The notes under the pieces: model-generated
What the model saw: only the letters and a program-made list of their open reading frames with translations
Told to the model about the DNA's origin: nothing
Databases searched by the model: none
In this document: one piece after another, positions 1-9,289 of the stretch
Layout of the letters: the number at the start of each line of letters is the position of its first letter
Numbering within the stretch: position 1 is the stretch's first letter
Assembly: GCA_003554565.1 (NCBI GenBank)
Contig: PWGR01000175.1
Span: 1-34,159 of the forward strand
Length of the DNA stretch: 34,159 nucleotides
DNA from: Clostridia bacterium
GTDB taxonomy: Bacteria > Bacillota > Sulfobacillia > SLMV01
Reading direction: 5' to 3'
Program-made: the position numbers and the translations under genes

Positions 1-113
1 TCGACTACTGGCGCAAACAGGACCTGATGTTCTTGACTGATCGCTACCTGCTACTTCGTCAACGTACATGAACCGCCGGATGCGGACCCGCATGTCCGGT
101 GGTGTGGGGGGAC

Positions 114-131
114 GGCGGGGGCGACCCCGCC
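114..131 (-). terminator. GC-rich hairpin 15 nt downstream of the proS stop (possible terminator, no clear U-tract)
   Basis: Minus strand reads GGCGGGG-UCGC-CCCCGCC (7 G:C pairs). The tail that follows is C-rich rather than U-rich. Confidence 0.3.
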
Positions 132-146
132 TCCTACCCGATTGAT

Positions 147-1589
147 TCAGTAGGCCCGGGCAAAGATCACTGCAGGTACGTTCTGCTTCGAGCAGCTCAG
201 ACAGGTTCCGGAACCATATTTGTGCTCACCGAACGGCAGGCACCGAATGGTTGCACCGGTTTCTGCCTTGATTTTGGCCTCACACTCGGATGAACCGCAC
301 CAGCCACCCAGCACGAATCCTCGCTCGCCCTTCATCAGGGCGTCCAGCTCATCAACGCTTTCTGCGCGGTGAGTATTATCTTCTCTGAATTTCCGGGCCT
401 TTCCGTACATATCTTTTTGTATCGCATCGAGTGTCTCGCTTGCGGTTGTGACCAGTTCCGCTCGCGGGATAGGGGTCTTGTCCCCCGTATCGCGTCTAAC
501 CAGCATGACCTGGTCGTTCTCCAGGTCCCGCGGTCCAAGCTCCACTCGCAGGGGGGTACCGCGCAGCTCCCACTCGTTGAACTTCCACCCCGGTGTATGT
601 TCCTCACGATCATCTACGTGAACCCGGAGGTCCGCGAGCTCCTGTTCCAGCTGTTCACAGGCACCCAGCACGGCATCGCGGGTGTCGTCGCGGTAGATTG
701 GTACCACGACCACTTGAACCGGTGCAATGGCGGGAGGCAGCACCAGCCCGCGGTTATCGCCGTGTACCATTATCAGGCCGCCGATGAGGCGGTGAGACAC
801 ACCCCACGATGTCTGGTGCACCGGCTTGAGGTGCCCGTCCTCATCCAGATATTCTATGCCCAGAACTTCAGCGAATCCATCCCCGAGGTAGTGCGAAGTG
901 CCGGCCTGCAGGGCGCGACCATCCTGCATCAGGGCCTCGACCGTAAATGTATCGATGGCTCCGGCGAACTTCTCGCTTTCTGACTTCAATCCCACTGCCA
1001 CCGGAATTGCCAGAGTCTCCTCAATAAAATCACGATAGACCTCGATCATCATTTCGGCCCGCTTCCTGGCCTCTTCCTCATCCCTGTGGCATGTATGACC
1101 CTCCTGCCACAAAAATTCGGAGGTGCGGAGGAAGGGGTAGGTTGCCTTTTCCCATCGCATGACGCTGCACCATTGGTTTATAAGTAGAGGCAGGTCGCGG
1201 TAGGACTCAACCCACTTGGCAAACATGGTTCCTATTATGGTTTCCGAACTGGGCCGGATCCCCAGTCGTTCCTGCAGTTCCTCTCCCCCCGCATGTGTGA
1301 CCCAGGGTACCTCCGGGGCGAATCCTTCTATGTGCTCAGCTTCTTTGGCAAAAATGCTCTCCGGGATAAGCATGGGAAAATAGGCGTTCTGCACACCGGT
1401 TTCCTTGAATCGGGCATCGAGACCCCCCTGGATGTTCTCCCAGATCGCATACCCGTGAGGTCGTACGACTATGCAGCCGCGAACAGGGGCGTAATCGGCC
1501 AGCTCAGCCCCCCGCACTACATCAGTGTACCAGCGGGAGAAGTTTTCGTCCTGCGGTGTAATCCGCTCCACGTAGGATTCCTTGCTCAA
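147..1589 (-). CDS. proS: prolyl-tRNA synthetase, archaeal/eukaryote-like type (no INS editing domain, C-terminal Zn-binding extension ending in Tyr)
   Basis: The translation shows a class II aaRS core and an anticodon-binding domain. The C-terminal CLPFGE...CLSCSKQ...FARAY tail is typical of this ProRS type. The listed ORF runs to 1835, but that extension is the T-box leader. A TTG at 1589 lies 8 nt after GGAAGGGAG; the alternative start is GTG at 1598. Confidence 0.92.
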   Translation of the reverse strand: MSKESYVERITPQDENFSRWYTDVVRGAELADYAPVRGCIVVRPHGYAIWENIQGGLDARFKETGVQNAYFPMLIPESIFAKEAEHIEGFAPEVPWVTHAGGEELQERLGIRPSSETIIGTMFAKWVESYRDLPLLINQWCSVMRWEKATYPFLRTSEFLWQEGHTCHRDEEEARKRAEMMIEVYRDFIEETLAIPVAVGLKSESEKFAGAIDTFTVEALMQDGRALQAGTSHYLGDGFAEVLGIEYLDEDGHLKPVHQTSWGVSHRLIGGLIMVHGDNRGLVLPPAIAPVQVVVVPIYRDDTRDAVLGACEQLEQELADLRVHVDDREEHTPGWKFNEWELRGTPLRVELGPRDLENDQVMLVRRDTGDKTPIPRAELVTTASETLDAIQKDMYGKARKFREDNTHRAESVDELDALMKGERGFVLGGWCGSSECEAKIKAETGATIRCLPFGEHKYGSGTCLSCSKQNVPAVIFARAY

Positions 1590-1604
1590 TGTCGACACTC
1601 CCTT

Positions 1605-1855
1605 CCAAACAAAAGGCGCTCTCCGTCCACGAAGGACGAAGAACGCCGCGGTACCACCTTCATTCCGGCAGCGTGTGCTGCCGGCTCTTTCAGCCCGATA
1701 TCGTGAGCAATCCGTCCGGCTCGTCACCGGAAGCTCCGGGCCGGGAAGAGCGAGGTGCGGTCCCGGGACTCTCACCGTTTCCCGTTCGCTGTGATCGCGC
1801 CCGCCTCGCCGGTTGCCCTTCATTGCCGCGCACACTTATTTCTCCCGATATTATC
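1605..1855 (-). promoter_or_regulatory. T-box leader (proline) with intrinsic terminator
   Basis: The minus strand carries the T-box core AAGGUGGUACCGCGG (1646-1660). It overlaps a terminator GGCGUUCUUCGUCC-UUCG-UGGACGGAGAGCGCC followed by UUUUGUUU (1607-1647). The stem I distal elements AGCGA and GGUGAGAGU are present. Pro codons CCC/CCG (1742-1745) sit on the 3' side of the presumed specifier loop. Confidence 0.85.
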
Positions 1856-1882
1856 AGAAATACCGGTACAGTTCCAGTGCCG

Positions 1883-4357
1883 TTATCCTTCCCGCAAGGG
1901 GGGAACATCGTCTGAAGGCGGATCCTGTTCGCCGGCATCATCTTCTGACCGGGTATTGGCGAAGCGACGAAGGGCCAGAGCCATCTCTCGGAGGCGCTGG
2001 TCGGCCTTTCCGAAGACCGTGTCCTCGGGATACCGCCCATCATCGGTGCGATCGCCGGCCGGCTGCCCGCTGAGCAGCTCCAGTCCTTCCCGGACGTCGC
2101 CCATAGTCCAGACGTAAAATGTTCCTTCTTTTACAGCCTCTATTACCTCATCGTTGAGCATGAGATTGTCGAGGTTCTTATCGGGTATGATTACACCCTG
2201 CTCGCCGTTGAGGCCCTTGGCTTTGCAGGTATAGTAAAAGCCCTCCACCTTCTCATTGATGCCGCCCACCGGCTGAACATCACCTTTCTGGTTTACCGAG
2301 CCGGTCACAGCGATATCCTGCCGCAGCGGAATGTCGGCCAGGTCGGAGATTATGGCATACAGCTCGGCGCACGATGCACTATCGCCGTCTACCATGCCGT
2401 ACGACTGTTCGAATGTGATGCTGGCCGACAGCGCCAGGGGCTTATCATAAGCGAAGCGTTCTGAGATGAAACTGGAGAGGATGAGCACCCCCTTGCTGTG
2501 ACTGGCCCCGCTCATTTTGATCTGGCGTTCAATGTTTACCACACCTTCATTTCCCATGTACACATTGGCAGTGATTCTGGAGGGACGGGCGAAGGCGTAA
2601 TCACCCATGCTGTAGACGCTGAGTCCGTTGATCTGGCCGGTTGCAGAACCCTCGGTGTCCACGAAGATTTTTCCGCGATCAATGGCCTCACGGATGTGAT
2701 CTTCGGCCAGGTTAGAGCGATAACGTCTCTCTTCAACGGCGCGGTCGACATGTTCTGCGCTCACTTCCGGAGCCTCGTCTGTCCTGGCCCACGCGTCGGA
2801 TTCGTAGACGATTTCCACCACCTCGTTGAATCTGGCGGAGAGCTTGGTCTGATCCTGCGCGAGACGCGAGCTGTGATCCACGATTCTCGCCACTGCTGTT
2901 TCATTGAATCGCAGAAGATCGTCGCGTTGGGCCACATTGCTGACAAATTGGGCGTACTGCTTGAGGTAGTGGTCATTTCGCTCCATCTGAATGTCGAAAT
3001 CGGCCTTGATCTTGAAGTATTTTCTGAAGTCAGAATCGTGAGTGGACAGCAAATAGTGCAGCATAGGTGAACCGATCAAGATGATTTTTATATCGAGGGG
3101 GATGGGTTCAGGATTCACCCCGGTGGTGGGTACCATCCGATACTGCTCACCAATATTTTCGACCCGTACAGTTTCATTTTTCAGACTCCGCTTCAGGGTA
3201 TCCCAGCTGAAGGGACTGGTGAGAACATCCTCAATCCGGAGAATCAGGAACCCACCATTAGCCCTGTGCAGTGCTCCCGAACGAATCAGGGTGTGGTCGG
3301 TGGTAAGAGTACCCATACTGCTCTTGTACTCCACCGAGCCAAAGAGGTTATAATAGCTCGGGTTAGCTGCCTCCACAACCGGGGCACCTTCGGTCTCGGC
3401 GTTGTTGACCAGAAGGTTTACCTTGTACCGGTCCAGGTCGGAATTGGTGTCCCCCTGCTGGGCAAGAACGCCGTGCTGGCCCGCGGATGACTCATCTTCA
3501 TCGCTCTTGAAGTAGTCCAGGTGATCGATCATATCATCATGGACGGCGTCGAGATACTTGCATACTCGGGGGGCATCACTGTATTTTTCCTGCAGCTGCT
3601 CGATCAGCGGGCGCACAGCAAAGGATCCCACCTGTCGTTCCAGGTCCCTGATGGAGGACTTCACTTCTTTTTCCAGCTGGCGGATCTGCCTTGTGGCTTT
3701 TCGGACTGTGGGCTGCAGCTCCGCTCCGCGTTCCTCAATCTCCTGGCGCCGGTCCGGGGGCAGGGCGCGATATTCCTCGTTACTCATCGGGGTTCCCGCA
3801 TCGTTGAGGGGCACCGGGGCAAACCCTCCCGCCCCTTTCTGTAGGGCGAACCCACTTTCCTGCACCTCTTCCTCCAGCTCCCGGATGGCCTCGCTGGTCC
3901 GTTTCTGGAAGTTTTCCACGAGTTCATTTCTGCGCTTTTCAAACTCACCCCCCTCAAACTCATTGCGAATTGCAGTCCGGGCGTCCTCGATTAACTCATT
4001 CATGTCGGCCTGGAACTTGCTTCCCTGTCCGGGCGGCAGGGATAGTGCCCACGGCGCGGTTGGATCGTCAAAATTGTAAACATAGCACCAGTCATCCGGA
4101 GTGGACATGTTCCGGGATTCATCATGTGAGGCGGTCCGGGCGAAAGTTCGTTTTCCCGTGCCGGGAGCGCCGGCCATGAAGATGTTATAGCCGGGGCTGG
4201 ACACCTGCAGGCCAAACTGCACGGAACGAACGGCCCGCTTCTGACCGATCAACATTGGTTCCTCTCCGTCTCCCGGGTTTGCCGGTGCAAAGGACTCCGG
4301 AGCACAGTGTCTTGTCAGTTGATCAGGCTGCAACTGTCTGGGCAGTCTATCTGTCAC
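1883..4357 (-). CDS. Lon-like protease (LonC/YcbZ-like): AAA-like N-terminal module with a long coiled-coil insert plus a C-terminal S16 Ser-Lys protease domain
   Basis: Walker A is GAPGTGKRT. A charged helical insert spans roughly residues 120-260. The S16 motif is VDGDSASCAELYAIIS, with the downstream Lys in VNQKGDVQPVGGINEKVEGF. The GTG start at 4357 follows GGAGGAG by 7 nt. Confidence 0.88.
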   Translation of the reverse strand: MTDRLPRQLQPDQLTRHCAPESFAPANPGDGEEPMLIGQKRAVRSVQFGLQVSSPGYNIFMAGAPGTGKRTFARTASHDESRNMSTPDDWCYVYNFDDPTAPWALSLPPGQGSKFQADMNELIEDARTAIRNEFEGGEFEKRRNELVENFQKRTSEAIRELEEEVQESGFALQKGAGGFAPVPLNDAGTPMSNEEYRALPPDRRQEIEERGAELQPTVRKATRQIRQLEKEVKSSIRDLERQVGSFAVRPLIEQLQEKYSDAPRVCKYLDAVHDDMIDHLDYFKSDEDESSAGQHGVLAQQGDTNSDLDRYKVNLLVNNAETEGAPVVEAANPSYYNLFGSVEYKSSMGTLTTDHTLIRSGALHRANGGFLILRIEDVLTSPFSWDTLKRSLKNETVRVENIGEQYRMVPTTGVNPEPIPLDIKIILIGSPMLHYLLSTHDSDFRKYFKIKADFDIQMERNDHYLKQYAQFVSNVAQRDDLLRFNETAVARIVDHSSRLAQDQTKLSARFNEVVEIVYESDAWARTDEAPEVSAEHVDRAVEERRYRSNLAEDHIREAIDRGKIFVDTEGSATGQINGLSVYSMGDYAFARPSRITANVYMGNEGVVNIERQIKMSGASHSKGVLILSSFISERFAYDKPLALSASITFEQSYGMVDGDSASCAELYAIISDLADIPLRQDIAVTGSVNQKGDVQPVGGINEKVEGFYYTCKAKGLNGEQGVIIPDKNLDNLMLNDEVIEAVKEGTFYVWTMGDVREGLELLSGQPAGDRTDDGRYPEDTVFGKADQRLREMALALRRFANTRSEDDAGEQDPPSDDVPPLREG

Positions 4358-4386
4358 TTTTTATCTCCTCCTTACGTGCGACACTC

Positions 4387-4416
4387 ATTATCTTCGCAAA
4401 AGTGGTGTTCTCTCAA
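4387..4416 (-). promoter_or_regulatory. candidate sigma-A promoter of the Lon-like gene (TTGAGA-18 nt-GATAAT)
   Basis: On the minus strand the -35 TTGAGA is at 4411-4416 and the -10 GATAAT at 4387-4392, about 30 nt upstream of the start codon. Confidence 0.35.
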
Positions 4417-4578
4417 TTCGTCAATTGACACGGCATACCTCCCGCATCTTTTCGTAAGAGGGGAAAACAGCGTGACCGTGCCCACAGCTGCACGTGGTTG
4501 GACCAGATGCACCTACCCACGTCTGCTGGCTGAATGTACGATCCACATCTCTCATATGCCCGAAAATGCTGCTGCGGT

Positions 4579-4932
4579 TCATTCATCTTTCAGGGGCGTG
4601 GCAAATCCTTCCACCCGGTCGAGGCGCATGGTAAAGAGCAGTCCGGTGTTGGGCTGGTTCAGATCCCCGATGACTTCCTTGATTATCTCAATCGCCCGCT
4701 CCAGGGTCTCTTCGGTCCTAATGACGGTGAACAGGACATTATTATGTGTCTCACCTTCGTGCGACCCAGTCAGATTGCTGAATCGAGAGAAGATGGAGTA
4801 GTGATCAGCGATCATGTGCCCCATTCCCCTGCTGTCAATGACTGTGGCACCAGTAATATCATTTTCATACAGCATATCCAGGATGGGCTCAATTTTTTCG
4901 GGCTCCTCAACTACTGTTACCAGCAAATGCAT
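4579..4932 (-). CDS. P-II-family-like small regulatory protein
   Basis: The 117-aa translation (MHLLVTVVEEPEKIEPILDML...ITGATVIDSRGMG...) has a beta-alpha-beta P-II-like pattern. The ATG at 4932 is preceded by GGAGGAGG. It lies immediately downstream of the antiporter gene. Confidence 0.7.
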   Translation of the reverse strand: MHLLVTVVEEPEKIEPILDMLYENDITGATVIDSRGMGHMIADHYSIFSRFSNLTGSHEGETHNNVLFTVIRTEETLERAIEIIKEVIGDLNQPNTGLLFTMRLDRVEGFATPLKDE

Positions 4933-4957
4933 TCTGCATCCTCCTCCGTCTTCATAT

Positions 4958-6154
4958 TTATGATTCATCCTCTATGATGGAATCTGTTCTTCTGAGGGCC
5001 TCGACCACGAGTGTTGGGCCGACCAGCTGAAAGAATATTACCGATCCAAGAATCAGGGTGACGACCACACCTTCAGGTAGGGGCAACTGCTGTTCTGCCA
5101 GGATCGATAGGCCAATGGCCACTCCGGCCTGCGGGGTCAAGGCCAGACCGATGTGTTTTCTGTGTTTTGGATCAATGTGGCTGCACCCACTGGGAAGCAG
5201 GCTGCAGGTGGCGTGGCCGATTCCGGAACCCAGCAGTTTGCCTGCCACGCGGGCCAGAATGTAGACGACCCCGAGAAACCCAACGGTTGGCAGTGCCTCG
5301 AGGTGCAGGTTTGCCCCGGCCAGCGTCAGAAATATAACCAGTACGGGTGTGTCGATGGTGTGCAGGCTTTCGAAGAAGCGCCTGTAGTTGGGCGTGAAGT
5401 TGACGACCATGGCTCCTGTGATCAGTGTCACCAGCAAGTATGATATGTTCATCTGACGGGATAGACCCACTGCTATGAACAAAATTGCCGTGACCAATAC
5501 CTGCCGTTTGCGATGCAGTCGGGCGCGATTGACGATGTTGATGCCTGCTGCGCCCAGGATTATCGCCAATCCCACGGCCGGTCCGATCTCGCTGATGACG
5601 CCTCGCAGGACACTCTGTCCGGGTTCGACGTCAAAATAGTATAGGTTCAGGACCGTAGTCACGACAGTAAGTGCCACGACGCACCACAGGTTGTCCAGTG
5701 CAACTAGCGACATAACCACTCTGGGAAAAGGCCCCTGCGTCTTGTATTCGCGAATTACCCCGAGAATGGTGGTGGGAGCTGGTGCCAGCGAGAGGACTCC
5801 CAGAATCAATGACAGGATGAGGTTTTGTGTAACGATGTATACGGAAAGAGTGACGAGAAAGAGCGTTCCCAGGCTCTCGCCCAGAAACAGCAACCCAAAA
5901 TTCTGCCATTTTTCCTTAAGAAATCGCCACCGCAGCTCGCCGCCGATGGAGAGTCCGATGAGCCCCAGGGCAAAAGCCGTTACCGGTTCCAGGGCCACAA
6001 GCTCAGCCCTTCCTATGAGCCCGGTGACTGAAGGTCCGAGGATGATTCCCATCAGCAGGTAACCCGTGACGGAGGGCAGTGTCAATCTTTGTACCAGCTG
6101 GCCGCCCAGAAAAGCGGCGGCGATGACAACTCCCAGCACCAGCAGTAGATCCAA
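4958..6154 (-). CDS. cation:proton antiporter (Na+/H+ exchanger / CPA2-like), polytopic membrane protein
   Basis: The 398-aa protein is very hydrophobic, with about 11-12 predicted TM segments and Kef/NapA-like motifs. The TTG start at 6154 follows AAGGAAG. Confidence 0.85.
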   Translation of the reverse strand: MDLLLVLGVVIAAAFLGGQLVQRLTLPSVTGYLLMGIILGPSVTGLIGRAELVALEPVTAFALGLIGLSIGGELRWRFLKEKWQNFGLLFLGESLGTLFLVTLSVYIVTQNLILSLILGVLSLAPAPTTILGVIREYKTQGPFPRVVMSLVALDNLWCVVALTVVTTVLNLYYFDVEPGQSVLRGVISEIGPAVGLAIILGAAGINIVNRARLHRKRQVLVTAILFIAVGLSRQMNISYLLVTLITGAMVVNFTPNYRRFFESLHTIDTPVLVIFLTLAGANLHLEALPTVGFLGVVYILARVAGKLLGSGIGHATCSLLPSGCSHIDPKHRKHIGLALTPQAGVAIGLSILAEQQLPLPEGVVVTLILGSVIFFQLVGPTLVVEALRRTDSIIEDES

Positions 6155-6288
6155 GACTGGTCTTCCTTTCGAGTAATGTGCAGGGCTGCAGCTACTTAAA
6201 TTGTATCACACCCCTGCGTCCACTCACCTTAGCTTTGCTGGACTGCCTCCGTTAGGATGCATCGGTTATAGATGGGCTTGATTTCGCC

Positions 6289-7272
6289 TCAGCGCCTCAA
6301 CCCCATGAGGCAGCCGGCTACCAGGGCTGTGATGAGAATAGAGGCAATCAGTCCCGTGCTGCCGGCCAGCATGCGAATTATCTCGACGGTGACTGCCTCG
6401 GCGGCGAGGGCCCTCGGCAGGGGAGTCCCATGTGCTGTGAGCATCAAAAGTAGGGGGATGGCTCCCGCGGTATACGCCAGTATCAGCGTGTCGGCCATGG
6501 TACTCATGATGTCCCGTCCCACGCTCATGCCGGAGATGGTCAGCTCGATGGTATCCAGGTCGGGATTTGCCCGCTTGATTTCTGCCCCTGCTGAGGCGAT
6601 GGACATACCCACATCCATCACAGCACCCAGCGCACCGATCATCATCGCGGCGAACAGTATCCCCCGGTAGTCGAGTGTGATGTCATCAGGTAAGTGCGCG
6701 AGCATTTGCATTTCATCGAGCTCATAGACTGCCAGCTGGACGGTATCGTCGGCAGCAACTGCAAGAAGACCTGCGACTATGACCCCTCCTGCCTTTCAGG
6801 ACACTGCGGCTACTGTCTTAACTGACGCACCACCTATGCTGGCGAGTGCTAGGACTGCCACCATTGAGCATACGGCTACAGTAGTGATGATGGGATCATG
6901 GCCGGCAATTGAGGCAGACAGCAGGATCCAGATAACGTTGCCAGCTGTAATTGCGACGGTAAAGAGCGTCTTGATACCCTGGATGCCACCGATCAAAAGA
7001 ACCAAGATCACAAACGCCAGGAGAAACAGAGCGAGAGTACGTATCCTGCCCTTGCTTGCTGCCGGGATCCCCGCAGCTTGGTATGTCCGTGAGGGGTGCA
7101 GGTCTTGAGACGCGTCACCGGGCGCCGCTGCAGCCTGGACGGATGGGCTCGAGTCCACAACAGGCACAACAGGCAGGTGCAATCCGACTGCACAGGCGAG
7201 TAGTATAGCGATCAGCGACATGAGAGAATGCGCGTATGCACGCCTGAAGACCTCCGCCACCGCAAATCCCAC
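6289..7272 (-). pseudogene. YibE/F family membrane protein interrupted by a single in-frame TGA (6796-6798)
   Basis: ORFs 6796..7272 and 6289..6711 are in the same frame (6798-6711 = 87 nt). Reading through the TGA gives ...KTVAAVS*KAGGVIVAGLLAVAADD...MQMLAHLPDDITLDYRGILFAAMMIGALGAVMDVGMSIASA, a continuous YibE/F-like sequence. Confidence 0.75.
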
Positions 7273-7583
7273 AACCCGGGTTCACCAACTGTATGAGGGA
7301 AAATCATCTCAATTCGTACGTGTTCAGTACCGGAAACATGCCGGAATGCTCTTTCGAGATGGAAGATCACCTTTACTGCCTTTGCCGGCATGATGCGTGG
7401 CAGATCGCAGGCCGAAGGGGCAATTTTCTCAATGGCTGACAGGAATTGTCCGACCCGTACGGAACGTTGATACAGATGGACTGCAGCATGAGCACGAGGC
7501 CTCTCGACATGCATGAATGATGTGCTGTTGTGCAACCTCACCTCGCGCTCAATTTCTTCAGGGAGATAGGGGGATTTTGCATC

Positions 7584-9020
7584 ATGTCAGTCAAAGCGAA
7601 GAGGGCGTTGAGCTACATTGATGAGCGGCGCGATTTCGTGGTGCAGATTGCAGATTCCATATGGGAGTATGCTGAACTTGCTCTGCACGAGCATCGCTCG
7701 GCGAACTGCCTGGCTGATGCACTGAGAAAAGAGGGGTTCAGTGTAGAAACGGGCGTAGCAGATATGCCGACTGCTCTTGCTGCCACTTGGGGTTCGGGCG
7801 AACCCGTGATAGGTTTTCTTGGAGAGTATGACGCTCTGGATGGGCTATCACAGAAAGTACTACCTGTAAAGGAGGAGCTCCGGCCTGGTGCTCCGGGGCA
7901 CGGATGTGGCCATAATCTTCATGGTGCTGGAGCATTCGGGGCTGCAATTGGTGTCAAGGAGGAACTAAAGGCGAGAAATGTTCCCGGTACCGTCAAGTAT
8001 TTCGGGTGCCCAGCCGAGGAGAATTTGAGCGGGAAGACCTTCATGGCGCGGGACGGCGTATTCAAGGATTGCGATGTCTGCTTCGAGTGGCATCCGGGAG
8101 CAATTAATCGACCGATTGCGGGATCGTCACTGGCCAACAATGCTGCTAATTTCGTATTTTACGGCCGGTCGGCCCACGCCGCAGCAGACCCGCACAACGG
8201 ACGCAGTGCACTGGATGCGGTTCAGCTTATGAACATGGGAGTGGAATTCCTTCGTGAACATATGCCGCCCAGAACAAGAGTTCATTATGCGATTACGGAT
8301 GGCGGGAGGCAGCCAAATGTCGTCCCCTCCGTTGCCAAGGTTTGGTATCTTGTCCGTGCGGATGCCCGGGATGCGGTCGACGAACTGTGGGAGCGGGTAC
8401 TCAAGTGCGCCTCGGGTGCAGCCGAGATGACCGAGACAGACTACGAGATCCAGATGCTGAAAGCCATCTACAATGTCCTCCCCAATACTCCCCTGATTGA
8501 TCTCTTGTTTGACTGCTTTGATCGGCTGGGTCCACCCGAATTCGGCGAAGAGGAACACGATTTTGCCGAAAAGATCAGTGAGAGCATCAGTGCTGAACAG
8601 AAGAGGGCCATGCTTCAGCGTGATCAGGTACCCGAACACCTGTGGGACAGGATCCTTTGCGATGAAGTTCTCCCGAGACCGGAAAGAGATGATGAACCGC
8701 GAGGATCCACGGATGTTGGCGATGTGAGCTGGTGCTGCCCGACGGCTCGCCTGCGTGCTGCCTGCCAGGTGCTGGGGACTCCCGGTCATTCCTGGCAGTA
8801 TACCGCCCAAGCGGGGATGGGCATAGGCCACGCCGGCATGTTGACGGCAGCTAAGGTTATGGCAGAGGCCGCCTGCGAAGTCGCGACGAACGAGGGGTTG
8901 CTCGCTCGGGTCAGGGACGATTTCATACGTCGCACTGGTGGTAAAGCGTATGAGAGTGCTCTGCCGCCGGATCTGAAACCTGCATTTCACCAGTTTGCCG
9001 GTGGTGGAACTGGCGCATGA
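7584..9020 (+). CDS. M20 family amidohydrolase (AbgB-like, p-aminobenzoyl-glutamate hydrolase subunit B family)
   Basis: The translation carries M20 metal-ligand motifs (HGCGHNLHG, GCPAEE) and has a length typical of AbgB-like proteins. The ATG at 7584 is preceded by GGGAGATAGGGGGA. Confidence 0.85.
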   Translation: MSVKAKRALSYIDERRDFVVQIADSIWEYAELALHEHRSANCLADALRKEGFSVETGVADMPTALAATWGSGEPVIGFLGEYDALDGLSQKVLPVKEELRPGAPGHGCGHNLHGAGAFGAAIGVKEELKARNVPGTVKYFGCPAEENLSGKTFMARDGVFKDCDVCFEWHPGAINRPIAGSSLANNAANFVFYGRSAHAAADPHNGRSALDAVQLMNMGVEFLREHMPPRTRVHYAITDGGRQPNVVPSVAKVWYLVRADARDAVDELWERVLKCASGAAEMTETDYEIQMLKAIYNVLPNTPLIDLLFDCFDRLGPPEFGEEEHDFAEKISESISAEQKRAMLQRDQVPEHLWDRILCDEVLPRPERDDEPRGSTDVGDVSWCCPTARLRAACQVLGTPGHSWQYTAQAGMGIGHAGMLTAAKVMAEAACEVATNEGLLARVRDDFIRRTGGKAYESALPPDLKPAFHQFAGGGTGA

Positions 9021-9289
9021 GGTGATTGCGTGTGGACACTGATCCGCACGCATGATTATTATCAAGCCTTGCTTCGGATAGATTGGCGAGGTGGCTGCTC
9101 CGGCGGTGACATGAATGAACGGCCGTCGCAGAGGCGGGCCGATGTCCATTTTCATGTCAGTACTCATGCGGCGTTTCTTAAGACATATACTCAGGTCGAC
9201 TGTATACCGTATTTTCGTTTTCCGCGGCATAACAGTCCGCATCAGCTGTAGCCGCTGGAGGTGGTGGTGGGAGGTTGGAGGGCGGCAGA

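Noticed and set aside
1599-1835. Long N-terminal extensions of ORFs: proS to 1835, trpE to 24815, DUF4340 to 14084, ABC ATPase to 17265, glnA to 31327.
   Set aside because: The extensions cover T-box leaders, overlap the upstream gene, or lack an SD. Internal starts with good SD sequences match the expected protein N-termini.
6796-6798. The in-frame TGA in the YibE/F gene might be a selenocysteine codon or a sign of genetic-code reassignment.
   Set aside because: YibE/F proteins are not known selenoproteins. No obvious SECIS-like hairpin follows immediately, and TGA terminates other genes in this window.
8127-9242. Large antisense ORFs opposite real genes: 8127..9242, 20335..21282, 27316..28050, 30518..31318, 2498..3070 and 13158..13962.
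   Set aside because: These are shadow ORFs typical of GC-rich coding DNA. Their translations are Arg/Pro/Ser-rich and low in complexity, and the opposite strand encodes clearly recognisable enzymes.
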